Shown here: positions 27,320 through 39,526 of the stretch, piece after piece
Numbering within the stretch: position 1 is the first letter of the stretch
How the letters are laid out: each line of letters starts with the position of its first letter
Source: Octopus vulgaris
Lineage: Eukaryota
DNA length: 64,000 nt
Direction of reading: 5' to 3'
Assembly (NCBI GenBank): GCA_951406725.2
Contig: OX597820.1
Coordinates: 36,208,001 to 36,272,000, forward strand
The notes under the pieces: generated by a model
Told to the model about the DNA's origin: nothing
Database searches by the model: none
What the model saw: the letters and a program-made list of their open reading frames with translations, nothing else
Made by a program: the position numbers and the translations under genes

Positions 27320-27900
27320 ATCATCATCGTTTAACGTCTGCTTTCTATGCTGGCAGGGGTTGAATGGTTTGACTGAGGACTGGCAAGTCAGGAGGCTGCA
27401 CTAGTTTCTACAGCTGGATGTCCTTCAAGCAAGGTCATTGCCAGTGTTGCTGGACTGGCTCTTGTGCAGGTGGCATGTAAAACACATCATTTGAGCATAG
27501 CTGTTGCCAGTACTCAACTGCTTTTTCACACAGCTATCCTCATCCATTCTCACCACATGACCATACCAGCGCATTCATCTCTCTTGCACACCACATCTGG
27601 TGCTTCTTAGGTCCAACTTTCTCTCAAGGCACTTACACTCTGTCAAGTATGCACACTGACATTACACATCCAGCGGAGAATACTGGTTTCATTCCTTGCA
27701 AGCTTACGCATGTCCTCAGCACTCATGGCCCATGTTTCACTGCCATGTAGCATGGCTGTTTGTACACATGCATCATACAGTCTACCTTTTACTCTGAGCG
27801 AGAGGCCCTTTGTCACCAGCAGAGGTAGGAGATCTCCAAACTTTGCCCAGGCTATTCTTATTCTAGCAGCTACACTTTCAGAGCACCCACAGTTTTCAGT
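27320..27900 (-). mobile_element. 5'-truncated copy of the RTE-type LINE family
   Basis: Reverse complement matches 56300-56650 (LYDACVQTAMLHGSETW) and the 3' tail gacgttaaacgatgatg. Confidence 0.85.
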
Positions 27901-28599
27901 CCCCTCTTGTTTATATCATAGTTGTCCAGACCATAATAGAGACATTTTAAGACCAACTGCCCAGGTGAACTTTCTTTATGTTGATGACCCAATTATAATA
28001 TGTGAATCTATCAAAGGATTATGAATGAAGTTCCAGATATGGAAATGAAGCCTAGAATGGAGACATCTTCATGTAAAACTCTCAAAGTCAAAATTTTTAG
28101 TATGCAAAGAAGACAAAACTATCATGAACATGGCCATACTTGATAAACAGAAAAGAAATAGGTATAAATTGTACAGAATGTAAACTATATACAGCTGGAT
28201 CACAGAAATGCATATTTTAATTACTTTTCTTAAGTTGCTGGTAGTGTCTCAATAGTATTACTAATGATTATACAACCTTACACTACTCATGTAATCCCTT
28301 CAAACAAAAAAAGCATACCATATCAGTCATCATCTAAATCAACAAGGGCTGTGTTCCCCACAGGGTTTCCAATCTGAAGTGGAAAAATCTACAACTGGAC
28401 CACCACTTTTTTTTTTTCCAACAACCAGTCGAATGGACACTAAACTCAGAGCAACTTCATCTCTGGCCTGTTGGCTTCAGCAAGAAGTATCCAGTAAATC
28501 AAAAAACATACCAAATGGATACAGGAAGAATATAGAGAAGTCTGCAACACATTTTATTCACCTTTTAATTACTGCCACTTAAGAGCAAAACATATAAGG

Positions 28600-29826
28600 A
28601 ATGAAGCATAACTATATGGAAATTAAAAAAAAAAAAAGAGCCAGAAAAAAGAGATATTCTGAAGAATAACAGATTAGGTAGAAAGAATTAAGCAACTTGC
28701 CTCAGAAAATACTATTAGCAGAAGCCAACTTGAAGAATTAGGTGTAACAGTAATTGTGGGAAATATGTCACCTGATAAGATACAAAGGCACTCAGAGAAA
28801 ATTAAGAACCTAGGGGTTGAATCTTTGATGGTTGGTACTGGAGATTCATTCCCCATCTTAGAGAAAACACAGTGTTGATACCAACACAGTATTGAATGCA
28901 TTGGGAAGTCTACACCCAAGTGATATAACTGACAAACCCATGGAAAGAAACAAAGAAGAATTAAATAATGCAACAGATGCAATTATTCATAAGCTAGGCA
29001 AAATCAAATACTGAGATTTGCAAGACAGGGAGAACGTCTTTAAAATTCAAAGCTAGCATAAGAATAAAAAAACTTAACAAAGTATATGATTCTGCCTTGA
29101 AATGACTGCAAAATGAAGTCAAAAATAGTATATAAATCATGCTGTCTATGTTACAGCATTCACAGCACATAAACCTATCAAGCACAAGGTGCCAATGTAA
29201 AAAGTTAAGATTAAAGATCAAATAGATGCTGTAGAAAAGAACTCCCCATTGTGGATGAATTAGCAACAGGTCATAACTTTAACTATAAAAAAAAGAAAAA
29301 AACAGTAAAATAAAACAAATATAAAAATTTCAAAATAATGATGAAATAGTGCTAAGAAAACAGAGAAGCCAAACATATATCTAAAGGCACGAGTAAGTAG
29401 ATTCGGAAAACATACAAGATTCTACAGGCAAGGTAAAATATTTGAGACTGACGTGAAGGAGTTTTATAGGGAGATAAGTAAAACAAAGACAGATGTTAAA
29501 ACTGTTCCCTCGATTTGTGAAGTCCACAAATTTTTGGGAAAAATATGGAATGATTCAAAAGAGCATAATAAGAATGGACAGAAAGAGAGAAAAAAGAAGA
29601 GAAAATATTCCACATCAGGTATGACATCTGTGTAGAAGACGTAAGAATAGCTCTTCAAAAAAGCTCAAAACTGGATGTCCCTAGAAATAGATAAGATTCC
29701 AAATGTTTTTCTACATCACATAAAGCATTATTTTATTCTTATTTTATGAAAAATCCCCCTGAATCTCCCACATGGCTATCAGAAGGTATAACTTAACTTC
29801 TTCCAAAATCTAATGAAACTCTAGAC
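28600..29826 (+). mobile_element. Highly degenerate R4/Dong-like non-LTR remnant (pre-RT region)
   Basis: Fragments such as KEFYREISK and KFLGKIWNDSKEHN, typical of the region upstream of RT in RLE-type non-LTR elements. Confidence 0.5.
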
Positions 29827-29854
29827 CACGGGTTCTCAACCATTTTTTATCTAT

Positions 29855-30250
29855 GGTGCAGGAGTGGCTGTGTGGTAAGTAGCTTGCTTACCAGCCACAT
29901 GGTTCCGGGTTCAGTCCCACTGCATGGCACCTTGGGCAAGTGTCTTCTACTATAGCCTCGGGCTGACCAAAGCCTTGTGAGTGGATTTGGTAGATGGAAA
30001 CTGAAAGAAGCCCGTCATATATATGTATATATGTATATGTGTGTATATGTTTGTATGTCTGTGTTTGTCCCCCAACATCACTTGACGACCAATGCTGGTG
30101 TGTTTACATCCCCGTAACTTAGCGGATCAGCAAAAGAGGCCAATAGAATAAGTATTAGGCTTACAAAGACTAAGTCCTGGGGTCGATTTCCTCGACTAAA
30201 GGCGGTGCTCCAGCATGGCCACAGTCAAATGACCGAAACAAGTAAAAGAG
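29855..30250 (+). mobile_element. Dominant SINE inserted in the hAT terminus
   Basis: Full-length copy; tatgg occurs at both junctions. Confidence 0.9.
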
Positions 30251-30991
30251 TATGGACCCTTTTGATTCCCATGTTACTCAGATGGACCCCCATAGTCATT
30301 TGATTTTTAATAAATCCTATTGTATTTTTATAATTAAACAGTATTAGGACTTGCATAAATATAGCTAAAATATTTTGTGTATTGTAGACGTATAACCAAT
30401 TTATTGCACATAAGTTTTAACAATTAACCAAATTTTATGGAAAATGAACGTTCACAAGTGAAATGAGTCATAAATATGCAAGGATATTTATTAAAAGAAG
30501 ATGGTACTTTAGTGCTAGTTTATTTAATGCAAACCATGCAGTTGATGTTGCTCTGCTAGTTTTGCAATATTCAGCTCCAATATTGTCAATGATAACTTTT
30601 ATCACAATATCAAGGACATTGTGCAGATGTCTACTTAATTGTTTTGCAACTAAGTGTTGCCAGTGTATCACACATTGTATGCAAAATACTCCAGGCATGG
30701 AATTTTTAAAATAGGCAATAAAACCTCTGTATTTGCCAATCATGGATGGAGTACCATCATTAGTACAAGCTATTATGTTTTTGAGGGGAATATTATTTAT
30801 CCTGAAATAAGTTGTCTTTGAAAATTGTTTCACTTTTTAGTGTCTGTTTTAAGATGTCTGGCAAAAAGCATTTCCTCTCTGAATCTATTACCATCCAAAA
30901 ATCGAACACACACCAATGAAATAATTTTATTAACTCTCAGGGTAGGTTCATCAGGTTAAAGAGGAAATTTCTTCACTTGTAATTTCATTAC

Positions 30992-31526
30992 TATTGAGTT
31001 GTCCGGAAAGTTTGTGCCAATTTTTAAAGGAAAGAAAAAGGTCAATAAATATTTCCCATTACATTTTTAATCAACCAAATATGAACCATTTTGTTGCACA
31101 ATGCATCTCCATCTTTCCTTTAACTTGAAAACACCCTCTTCCCAGAATTGAGGTGGTTTCATGGCAAAGAATTCATCAAGATATCTTTTTACATCATGCA
31201 AGGAATTGAAATTTTTACCATTAAAACTATTCTGCAGAGACCTGAATAAGTGGAAATCCAAAGGAGCAGCATCTGGTGAATATGGAGGGTGGGGTAACAC
31301 AACTCAGCCGAGCTGCAGCAATTTTTGTCTGGTTCCCAAAGCATCAAGTGCCGAAAATGAACTTTATTATCTTCCATTTTAAAGGGTTACAGAATTAACA
31401 CAGGTTATAGAGGAACATAAACCTTCTTCCATGAAAAGATAGCTTAAACTGTGCTCTAAATGGAGGTGTAGTCAAATCCTATTTTATGGACTCAACCATG
31501 TTCTAAAATAAGGTAAGCTACTATAA
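30992..31526 (-). mobile_element. Second copy of the internally deleted mariner, nested in the hAT
   Basis: Near-identical to 11348-11916, with the same internal junction and PHPPYSPD. Confidence 0.9.
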
Positions 31527-32058
31527 TAGTAGTTGGTTTTCTTCATCATTAGCCATTTCATCAATGCACTGTGGACACTGATGAGTTACTTAAAGGAGTC
31601 ATACAAGTAATTCAAGTAGCATTTTGCTTCATAAGCGATGAAATTATGAATGATATCACTGACAAAATTAGTTTCACCAATATTTTGGGGTTTCCCAAAC
31701 TTTGCTATAATTTTAGAAATTTCATAGGATGCCAGTAAACAATTGTTTTTTTTACATAACTGATTCACCATTTTTCTTGCTTAAGCATTCAACTGAATTG
31801 TTTTTCTTGTCTTTGTGTTTGGTCTCCAAATGTACCAGCTTAGCTGGCTTCATGCTATCATTTGACAGTATATCCATACATACACGACACATTCGTTTCA
31901 GTTCATCCTGTGGTAACAAAATAAAGCCATACAAGAGATACTTAATGGAACACTGTCAGCATTTCTTCTTAGTTGGAGGGGAAATTCTGGTTTAAGCAAC
32001 CCATATAACCACTCACAACTTACCTATTTTTGGAATTTTCAGAACATTTTTGTCAATT

Positions 32059-32164
32059 TGTCTTCTACATATGGGAATTCATATGATTATGCAAAAAAAT
32101 TGTGTGTATAAATTACACACAATTTTTTTTGCATAATCATATGAATTCCCATATGTAGAAGACA
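32059..32164. repeat. Near-perfect ~50 bp-arm hairpin inside a larger inverted-repeat element (about 32025-32580)
   Basis: tgtcttctacatatgggaattcatatgattatgcaaaaaaattgtgtgta, a 5 nt loop, then its reverse complement. Confidence 0.9.
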
Positions 32165-32829
32165 TATTTAGCTGTTGCTTTTAGCACATCACACAACCAC
32201 CTGATACCTTCCTCATTTCCTTTCACTCTGATATGTATTGATGTTTTTTGAGAATGGTCCATTGCTGGGATTTAAGCAAAAAATTCAGATTGTCTGTATT
32301 TTAAGCTCTAATTGAAAAAAAATATTAAAAAAAGGTAGAAATTTTAGGATTTATGAGGCGGGTGGGTCATTGCTTTTGATATATTAAAAAAAATTTCTTT
32401 TTCTTTTTGCACAATTGCATCATGAATTCCTGTGTATAGAACACAAATTTCACAAAAATTTTCTGAAAATTCCAAAAAAGTGAAAGCCACAACCACTTAC
32501 TACCTTCATTTCCACTCATTTCCAAACTTTTTAAAAATCAGAGTCTAAAATACGGATAATCCGAATTTTTGGCTTAAATGCTACCCTTGGGTGCATCATC
32601 ATCAGTGTTTGTATCTATGTTTGTCCCTCATCACCACTTGATAGCCGGTGTTGGTGTGTTTACGTCCCCGTAACTTTGCAGTTCAATTAAAAGCGACCGA
32701 TAGTATAAGAACCTGGCTTTAAAGAAGAAAGGTACTGGGTCAGTTCATTCAACTAAAATCCCTCTAGGGAGTGCCCCAGCATGGCTGCAGTCAAATGATT
32801 GAAACAAGTAAACGATAAAATATAAAAGA

Positions 32830-33614
32830 CTAGCAGTATCGCCTGGTGTTGCTCGGGTTTGTAAGGGAAATAACTATATAAGCATTTTTAGAGATGTAAA
32901 GTATAATAGCCATCTCAATATGGCTAACCACAAAGGAAGGGGTGTTACTGTAGCTTTTTACGTTCTGAGATTTAATAATAAATTTTTAGAGAGTTACTTA
33001 TATGCCAAAAATGCATTAAAAATGAGAAAAATTGATGGTAAATTTTTTTTTAATCGTAGACTCATCGTAGACACGCGCCAATACCCAGAAGGGCTCAATA
33101 TGAATCACGACTATAAGATACCCGGTTTTGGTTAAACTGCACCGCAAACTGTGAGAGTAGTTAGGAATCTAAATTGTAGGAGACAGACAGCACACAACCT
33201 CTCTTTTATATATAAAGACTAGCAGTATCGCCTGGCGTTGCTCGGGTTTGTAAGGGAAATAACTATATAAGCATTTTTAGAGATGTAAAGTATAATAGCC
33301 ATCTCAATATGGCTAACCACAAAGGAAGGGGTGTAACTGTAGCTTTTTACGTTCTGAGATTTAATAATAAATTTTTAGAGAGTTACTTCCTTTATATATG
33401 CCAAAAATGCATTAAAAATGGGAAAAATTGATGGTAAATTTTTTTTTAATCGTAGACTCATCGTAGACGCGTGCTAATACCCAGAAGGGCTCGATATGAA
33501 TCACGACTATAAGATACCCAGTTTTGGTTAAACTGCACCGCAAAATGTGAGAGTAGTTAGGAATCTAAATCGTAGGAGACAGACAGCACACAACCTTACT
33601 TTTATATATAAAGA
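32830..33614 (-). mobile_element. Head-to-tail dimer of a non-autonomous Helitron (32830-33218 and 33219-33614)
   Basis: Two ~390 bp direct copies, each TC...hairpin...CTAG on the minus strand, joined CTAG|TC. Confidence 0.85.
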
Positions 33615-34692
33615 TATAAAATACCACGCAGCGTTTTTTTCCAACTCTTTAATGATTCTACCATATTCACTGCATTAGATAACGTGTGAATGTGTGAGTG
33701 AGTGCATTTGTGTGTGTATGTGTGTGAATGTGTGTGTGTGTGAGTGTGCATATGTGTGTGTATGTGTGTGTTTGTCTGTGCATGCGCACGTGTGTGCTCA
33801 TGTATATGTGCAAGCGGCTTTACGTATATAGATGTGTGTGTTACGTGAATGTGTGTGTGAGTACGCATGTGGGTATATTTGTATGTATGTCTGTGTGTGT
33901 GTGAACAAGTCAATACATTTTATGTGATTGTATATGTATTGTGAATGCTCACATCTATACGTGCACCTGTTTATAAGTGCAAAAGAATGAAATTTTATAT
34001 ATGTACGCATGTGTCTGTGTGAATGTATGTGCATGTATGCATGTGTGTCTGTGTATTTCATGCAAGTAAAGTACATGACTTTGTTATAGTGAGCAAATTT
34101 CTGTATACGTGTGTGAGAATGTATATATATATATGTATGTGTATGAGTTGACATGACTGTGTGACTGTGGTTATGTGTGGGTGCATTGTATCACATCAGG
34201 ACTCATTGTTAGATGTGCTTACGTAAGGTGGTTGTTGCAAATCATAAACGTAAGTTTTAACTAGAAATTCACACATTCACTTTCACTTGCTCAGCTATTA
34301 TAAAAGAATATAAAACTTCTATGTTATATTTAACCGGTTTGTTTGTTATTGCTGTAAACAGATTATTGTCAATCTATAATTGGTGTTCACCTTGAAAATA
34401 GAGTTGTCGTCACCATCATCATCATCATTGTTTTAGCTTCTGCTATTCAATGCTTTCATAGGTCAGATAGAGTTTATTGAGGTAACATTTTCTGTGACTG
34501 GCTGTCCTTTTTGTCATCACCTCTTACCTATTTCCAAATAAGGTAATATATTGTCATGGCCAGAGATGATTTCACAGAATAATGGAAAAGAATGACATTG
34601 CTTGTATGACAGTGACTCTCCTTTACAACTATCATACAATATCAAAACAGACAGACAGACAGACACACACACACACATACATATCCATCCAT

Positions 34693-34745
<53 letters not shown>

Positions 34746-34788
34746 AGATCGCTAGCCACTACACATTCTTTATTTTCTCTCCTTGTTT

Positions 34789-34824
34789 CTTTCTGTGGAA
34801 GAGCATAGACTCGAAACGTTAAAG
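34789..34824 (+). ncRNA. Hammerhead-like motif with a variant core (related decayed minus copy at about 5330-5365)
   Basis: cttt-CTGTGGA-agagcatagactc-GAAA-cg-TTA-aag. Confidence 0.45.
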
Positions 34825-35129
34825 ACTTTTTTACTTCCTGAGCGTTATACTAATACATGTTTGTTGTCTACACCACCTGTCTTTGTCTTTAAAGTGAAAG
34901 TGTCTGCATTACAAAAGAGAGATGTTTTTGTTTCACTTTTAACACGTAATACTGAAATAGTGGAGAAGATATGATATGCTGTGGGGTCGCCCTAGGGAAA
35001 AAGTTAAGGCATGTGTTAAATTTGAATGAAATTGGTTGTGTAGTTCTCAAGTTTTAGGGAAACACACAGACAGACAGACACACATTCTCAGTTTTATATA
35101 TATAGAGATGATTATTAGTTATATCATTA

Positions 35130-35606
35130 GTCTTTATATTATTATTCTTGTTATCAATTTTACTCATTTTATTTATAATATTATTATTTTTAATGTATTG
35201 TAATTTATTCTTATATCCTGCTTTACTTAAAGCCAAATCATATTGATCTTTATGCCTATTAAATTTATATCTTCATTATAAGATAAATACTAATATTACA
35301 TACTAATGCTTTTTACATTGAAGGTGGGTAATTGCTTTGATAATTTATATATTATATTTTAAATTACAATCTGGTTTAATATATGATTCATGTATCCCAG
35401 ATGAGAAATTACAGTTCGTATCTAAGTAATTAATTGAATTATATTCTTTTTCAATAGTTATAGAAAGACCAAATCTTTTAAAAAATTTAAATAATCGTTT
35501 CTTTATAAGTTTTAGGTGTCTATTAGATGTATTCTTAACTATAAAAAATGCATCATCTCTATATAGTCAATGGTATCCAGTGACTAGTAACTATTGTGCT
35601 TATTAG
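35130..35606 (-). mobile_element. Penelope-like retroelement RT/thumb fragment
   Basis: Minus strand reads ..RDDAFFI.., KFFKRFGLSITIE, INYLD, SNYPPS and ALSKAGYK, a pattern typical of PLE RT. Confidence 0.65.
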
Positions 35607-35611
35607 AATAC

Positions 35612-35904
35612 TGTAGTGAGTGCGCGATTTGAATATAGAGGCACCTACCTTCTCTTCTTAGTGACGGAGACCCTCCAGTGATGACTAGTCCTTCCTCACA
35701 GCCCCGACCCGAACACTAACGATAGCAGCTGCTAGCCCAAACCCTTAGCGACGTCCTCACACGTCTTGTCCCCTGCACGACCCACGTTGGAAAGGGCGCA
35801 ATTTCCGCTCCCTGCGCACGCCTGACGGCTGACCCCTTCCGCTTGCCCCAGCTTCCGGTCAACGCACCCGGCTGCTGACGTCCAGCTGCTGACGTCATCC
35901 CACA
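35612..35904 (-). repeat. 3' LTR
   Basis: Direct repeat of 39527-39819, preceded on the minus strand by the purine-rich aagatcagggtggcg. Confidence 0.97.
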
Positions 35905-35917
35905 CGCCACCCTGATC

Positions 35918-38771
35918 TTAAAGATCACAATCTCTCCGCTCCATGTTGTAGTCCACCATCCAACCGGGAGAGCGCCTTGCTCGTCGAGATCTTCTCAAGC
36001 TGGGCTCCTCGTTCTCCCCCTCTCCAGAATCATCGTCCGTCGAAGCAACAATCCTGCGAAAGTCCAAGACGTGTCGTGGTGTTCCATCTACGGATACGTT
36101 GCTTCTGGAATTGATCGCCGTCACCGTTCCTCTGCTCCATTGAGACGTACAGCGCGCCTTTGGTGGCTTAACCCAAACTTCCTCCCCTATTTTCATGCGA
36201 ACGGGTCCCTTCTCTTCCTCGTGACCCTCCGGCGCTTTGCTCTATTTGAACACAGCTCTCTGCGGCACAGATTCCTCAGCTTGTCCGGATCGGGGAGACA
36301 AGTTGTACCAAAAAACTGCTTCAAGCGGCGAAATGTGCCCTCTTTCCGCTATGGCCTTGACTGTCCGATGGTGCCTCTCCACGATCCCGTTACTGCTCGG
36401 CCTATACGCTGCTCTGAACAAGCGTTGCACATTCCACCGATCAAGCATAACCCTCAATGCTTCCGAACGAAACGCCGCCTCATTGTCCATCAGTAGTTCT
36501 TCTACGGGACCTCTCTCTAAAAATATCCCGTTCAGGATCTGCACGATCTCGTCAGCAATGCCCGATCTCAACTCCCTCCAAATGGCCAGCCGGCCCGGCC
36601 CACAGTCGACCATGGAGAGGTACATTCGCTGACGGTAGTGTGTCACATCCACAGCTAGCCTTTTCCTGTTCTGCTCCACGGAAAGGCTTCCCTGTTCATG
36701 CCCACACGGAGCAGGGTCGATGGACTGACACCTGTCGCAGCTCCCGACCACCTTCCGGACGCTTCTCCTAGTGACGTCAGCATCAATTTTTTTTGCCAGA
36801 TACAGGGTCCTGTCCACACCCAGGTGATGCATAGCATGCAGTTTCTTCAGTTCAGAGTCAACCAACCGACACGCCGCAGCTATCCCTTTCCGGGCCTCCT
36901 CCGGTTCTTCCAACCACGCTCTTTTCACCCTGGTCAGTACGTCCGCCCTGTTTTTCTCCGAAGGCACGAAAACCACGTTCAGCTTCAGTCCGAACTCGGC
37001 GATCAATTCACCTAGAACTCCTAGACGGCGCTTCACTAACATCTCCGCAGCACCTTTCGTCCGCACTCTCCTGTCACCGGTGATCACTGATCCTACCCAG
37101 CCAAGCACAGTGGCCGAATCCGTCCGCATTTCAATCGTGCGCAGCCCCCATTTCAAGGCCAAGTTCACCCCTTTCAGCAGCGCGTCTAATTCGGCGACAT
37201 TGATGTGGTTGAAATCATCTGCTTTCCGAAGCCAGGCCGCGTCCTCCACCGCAGTGCCTTCGATTGCCAATACCACCCCTATCGCTATACTGCTAGCATC
37301 ACACCAGACGGTCCTGCATTTCGTCTTGGGCACGTACCAGTTCCCCCTGACCGGGTCTTCCGTTCTTGTCCTCTCTAGGATCTCCTGCATCATCGCCACC
37401 GTCCCTTCTCCCACATTGTCGCCCCACCTCTCTTCTTCTGCTCGTCTCTTGGTGTAACTACACGCCGTGCGCAGCCATCCAGCGATCGGGTAGTGACCGA
37501 CCAACTTCCCACACACCGAGAACAGCTCTGTCCTGCTGACGCTGGAACTCAGCTCTGGGATTTCATTTCCTCTCCGGAACACCAATTCACCTGATCCATC
37601 TCTTCGCAGCTTCAGCCCCAGCGCGGCTCCCCCTTCAATCGACTCCGGTGGCTTAGCAATCAGTCCGAACTTCTCCAGATGTCTAACTACCTCGTCGGCT
37701 GGCACTACAGTTTCGTCACCAAAATGTCGTCAATGTAGGAGCTGGTGGCCTTTCTAATCTTGCCGTCTTTCCCTAGGACGGACCTAAGCACTGCCGCCAT
37801 GATCTTCGGAGCGGAATTCAGCCCGAAACCCAGCCTGGTTAGACAGTACGTCCGGCCCTTGTACCGCACCAGCTGATATCGCCACAGTTTGTCGCTCACA
37901 TGGAGCTGCAAGTATGCCGATCTCAAGTCGACAATCGTCGCTGCCTCAGTCGACTGTCTCCACTTACGTAATGCCTCACCACAAACGTCTGTCGCCTCAC
38001 CTCCCGTGTGACACGATATGTGCTGGTTTAGCTCCCTGAAGTCCAGCACCGGTCTGACATTTCCCTTCGTAGGCTGCACCACCGCCATCAGGGGTAGCAC
38101 TCCGCCCGCTACCTCCTCCTTCCAAGGACAAGGACCCCTTCCTCGATCCACCTCTCCACCTCGTCTTCAAACTCGACCCTGGCGTGGCCTTTCAGAGTAT
38201 GCTGGTAACAGCTCACCCTGTTCTCCAGCGTCGGGGGCTCGTCCTTCCATCGCCACTCTATCGTCCACCGCTGACCATCGAACGCCGCCTGAAAGTCTTT
38301 GTCCTCGATGGTGTAAGCGGCGCAGTCCCTCGCGGGGCTCTGCTCTCTCTGGCGATCCTGACTCGCAGTGCACGACGCCCCCACGCTTCCGAACGTGACC
38401 GCATTTCCCACAACACTGACGCCACCGAGGCAGTTGATGGCGTCCATCCCCATCACCACATCAACTCCATCTATCACGCGTTCGGCCACAATTGCCTGCA
38501 GCCTTAGCGTCACGCCGCGCACCACTATCTCTACCTTGCTGCTGCCTCTGCAACGGATTTCGCTGCCGTCGACCGCCCGGACACTACTCACCCCGTTCCA
38601 TTCCTTCGTCACCCTCGAAGTCACCAGGGTGGTCGTACAGCCCATATCCACAAGGGCCTTGAACGTCTCCCCCTCGGCCTCCACGTCAATCAATGGCAGC
38701 GTCTCCAATAGCGCCTCTACTCGTTTGAGGGGAAAGTTCGAGAGGCAGCAACTTCCCCGCGGTCGTTTCCC
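35918..38771 (-). pseudogene. pol: pol: protease, RT, RNase H and integrase; two frameshifts and one stop
   Basis: ALVDMGC (DTG variant), RPVLDFRELN, SYIDDIL, WCDASS..AELDAL..TDS, HH..CDRC, LAVD..LMDN..NGIVERHH, and a C-terminal GEEVWVK module. Confidence 0.92.
38710..38771 (-). promoter_or_regulatory. -1 ribosomal frameshift signal: G GGA AAC plus an H-type pseudoknot
   Basis: Heptamer at 38771-38765 in the gag/pol overlap; 6 nt spacer; stem 1 GGGGAAGUU/AACUUUCCCC; stem 2 GCCUCU/AGAGGC. Confidence 0.8.
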
Positions 38772-39482
38772 TGGTCGCAATCACGGGCAATGTGCCCTGT
38801 CTGCCTGCATCGATAGCAAACGGGCCCCGGCTGCGTACAGTCCCGCGCCATGTGCGGTCCCTGGCATCTAAAACACCGTCCAGAGAACGGCCGCTCTCGT
38901 TGCACGGTAAGCTTCTGTACCTCTTTCTCGGGACGTCGTCCGTCTTTACGCGCCTCCGTCACCGCCATCGCTATCGCCTTCCGCCCAGAGTGTCTCGTCA
39001 ACACGCGAGCCTGAGCTACAAGTTCGCTCAACGGCATCTTTTTTAACCCCGGGCAGTCGTTGTAGGTGAATCCCTACATCGTCGGGGAACCCATTCACGA
39101 ACGCCAGTCGGGCTGCTCTCTCCAGTCCTTCTCCGGCAAACCCGGCGAGAGTCGCTAGCCTTCTAACTTCTGATGCAAAGTCATCCACTTGGCCTCTCGT
39201 CCACCTGATTGCACCTAGCTTAGCAAAAGCTGTGTACTCGCATTCCGTGTAGGCATCACGCAAGCGTCGCTCTATATTCTCGTCGCTGAGCCGTTCCTCT
39301 TCATCCATCTCTAGGTAGAGCGTTAACGCGCTCCCTTCCAAATACAGTGCCATAAGACTCGCCATGTCGCTTATGTCCTGCAGTCTTGCCACCAGCCTGA
39401 TTTTGCGAATCCAGGCCACTACATCGCCTTCGCCATTAAAAGGTCTGACGACGTCACTGGCGATCCTAATTTTTGCAGACAT
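38717..39482 (-). pseudogene. gag: gag with two zinc knuckles (frameshift in an A run at about 39040)
   Basis: PFNGEGDVVAWIRK N-terminus; knuckles CFRCQGPHMARDC and CYRCRQTGHIARDC. Confidence 0.9.
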
Positions 39483-39514
39483 CGTGTTGAAAAAAATGTA
39501 AATGTTTAAGAACG

Positions 39515-39526
39515 GCCGAAATAGCT
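39515..39526 (-). other. Atypical primer-binding site complementary to tRNA-Phe nt 1-12
   Basis: The plus strand reads GCCGAAATAGCT directly against the LTR, matching the recalled 5' end of metazoan tRNA-Phe(GAA); there is no TGG. Confidence 0.7.

Larger units (their letters stand above)
29827..32000 (-). mobile_element. hAT (Charlie/Buster-like) transposon remnant with a nested SINE and a nested mariner
   Basis: Terminus cacgggttctcaacc after ctctagac; BED finger MCRVCMDILSNDSMKPAKL..HLETKH; SYEISKIIAKFGKPQNIGE; NDGTPSMIG and CVIHWQHLVAK. Confidence 0.85.

Noticed and set aside
36071-39046. Many plus-strand ORFs over the Gypsy element
   Set aside because: Antisense shadow ORFs of a GC-rich coding region, with no recognisable motifs.
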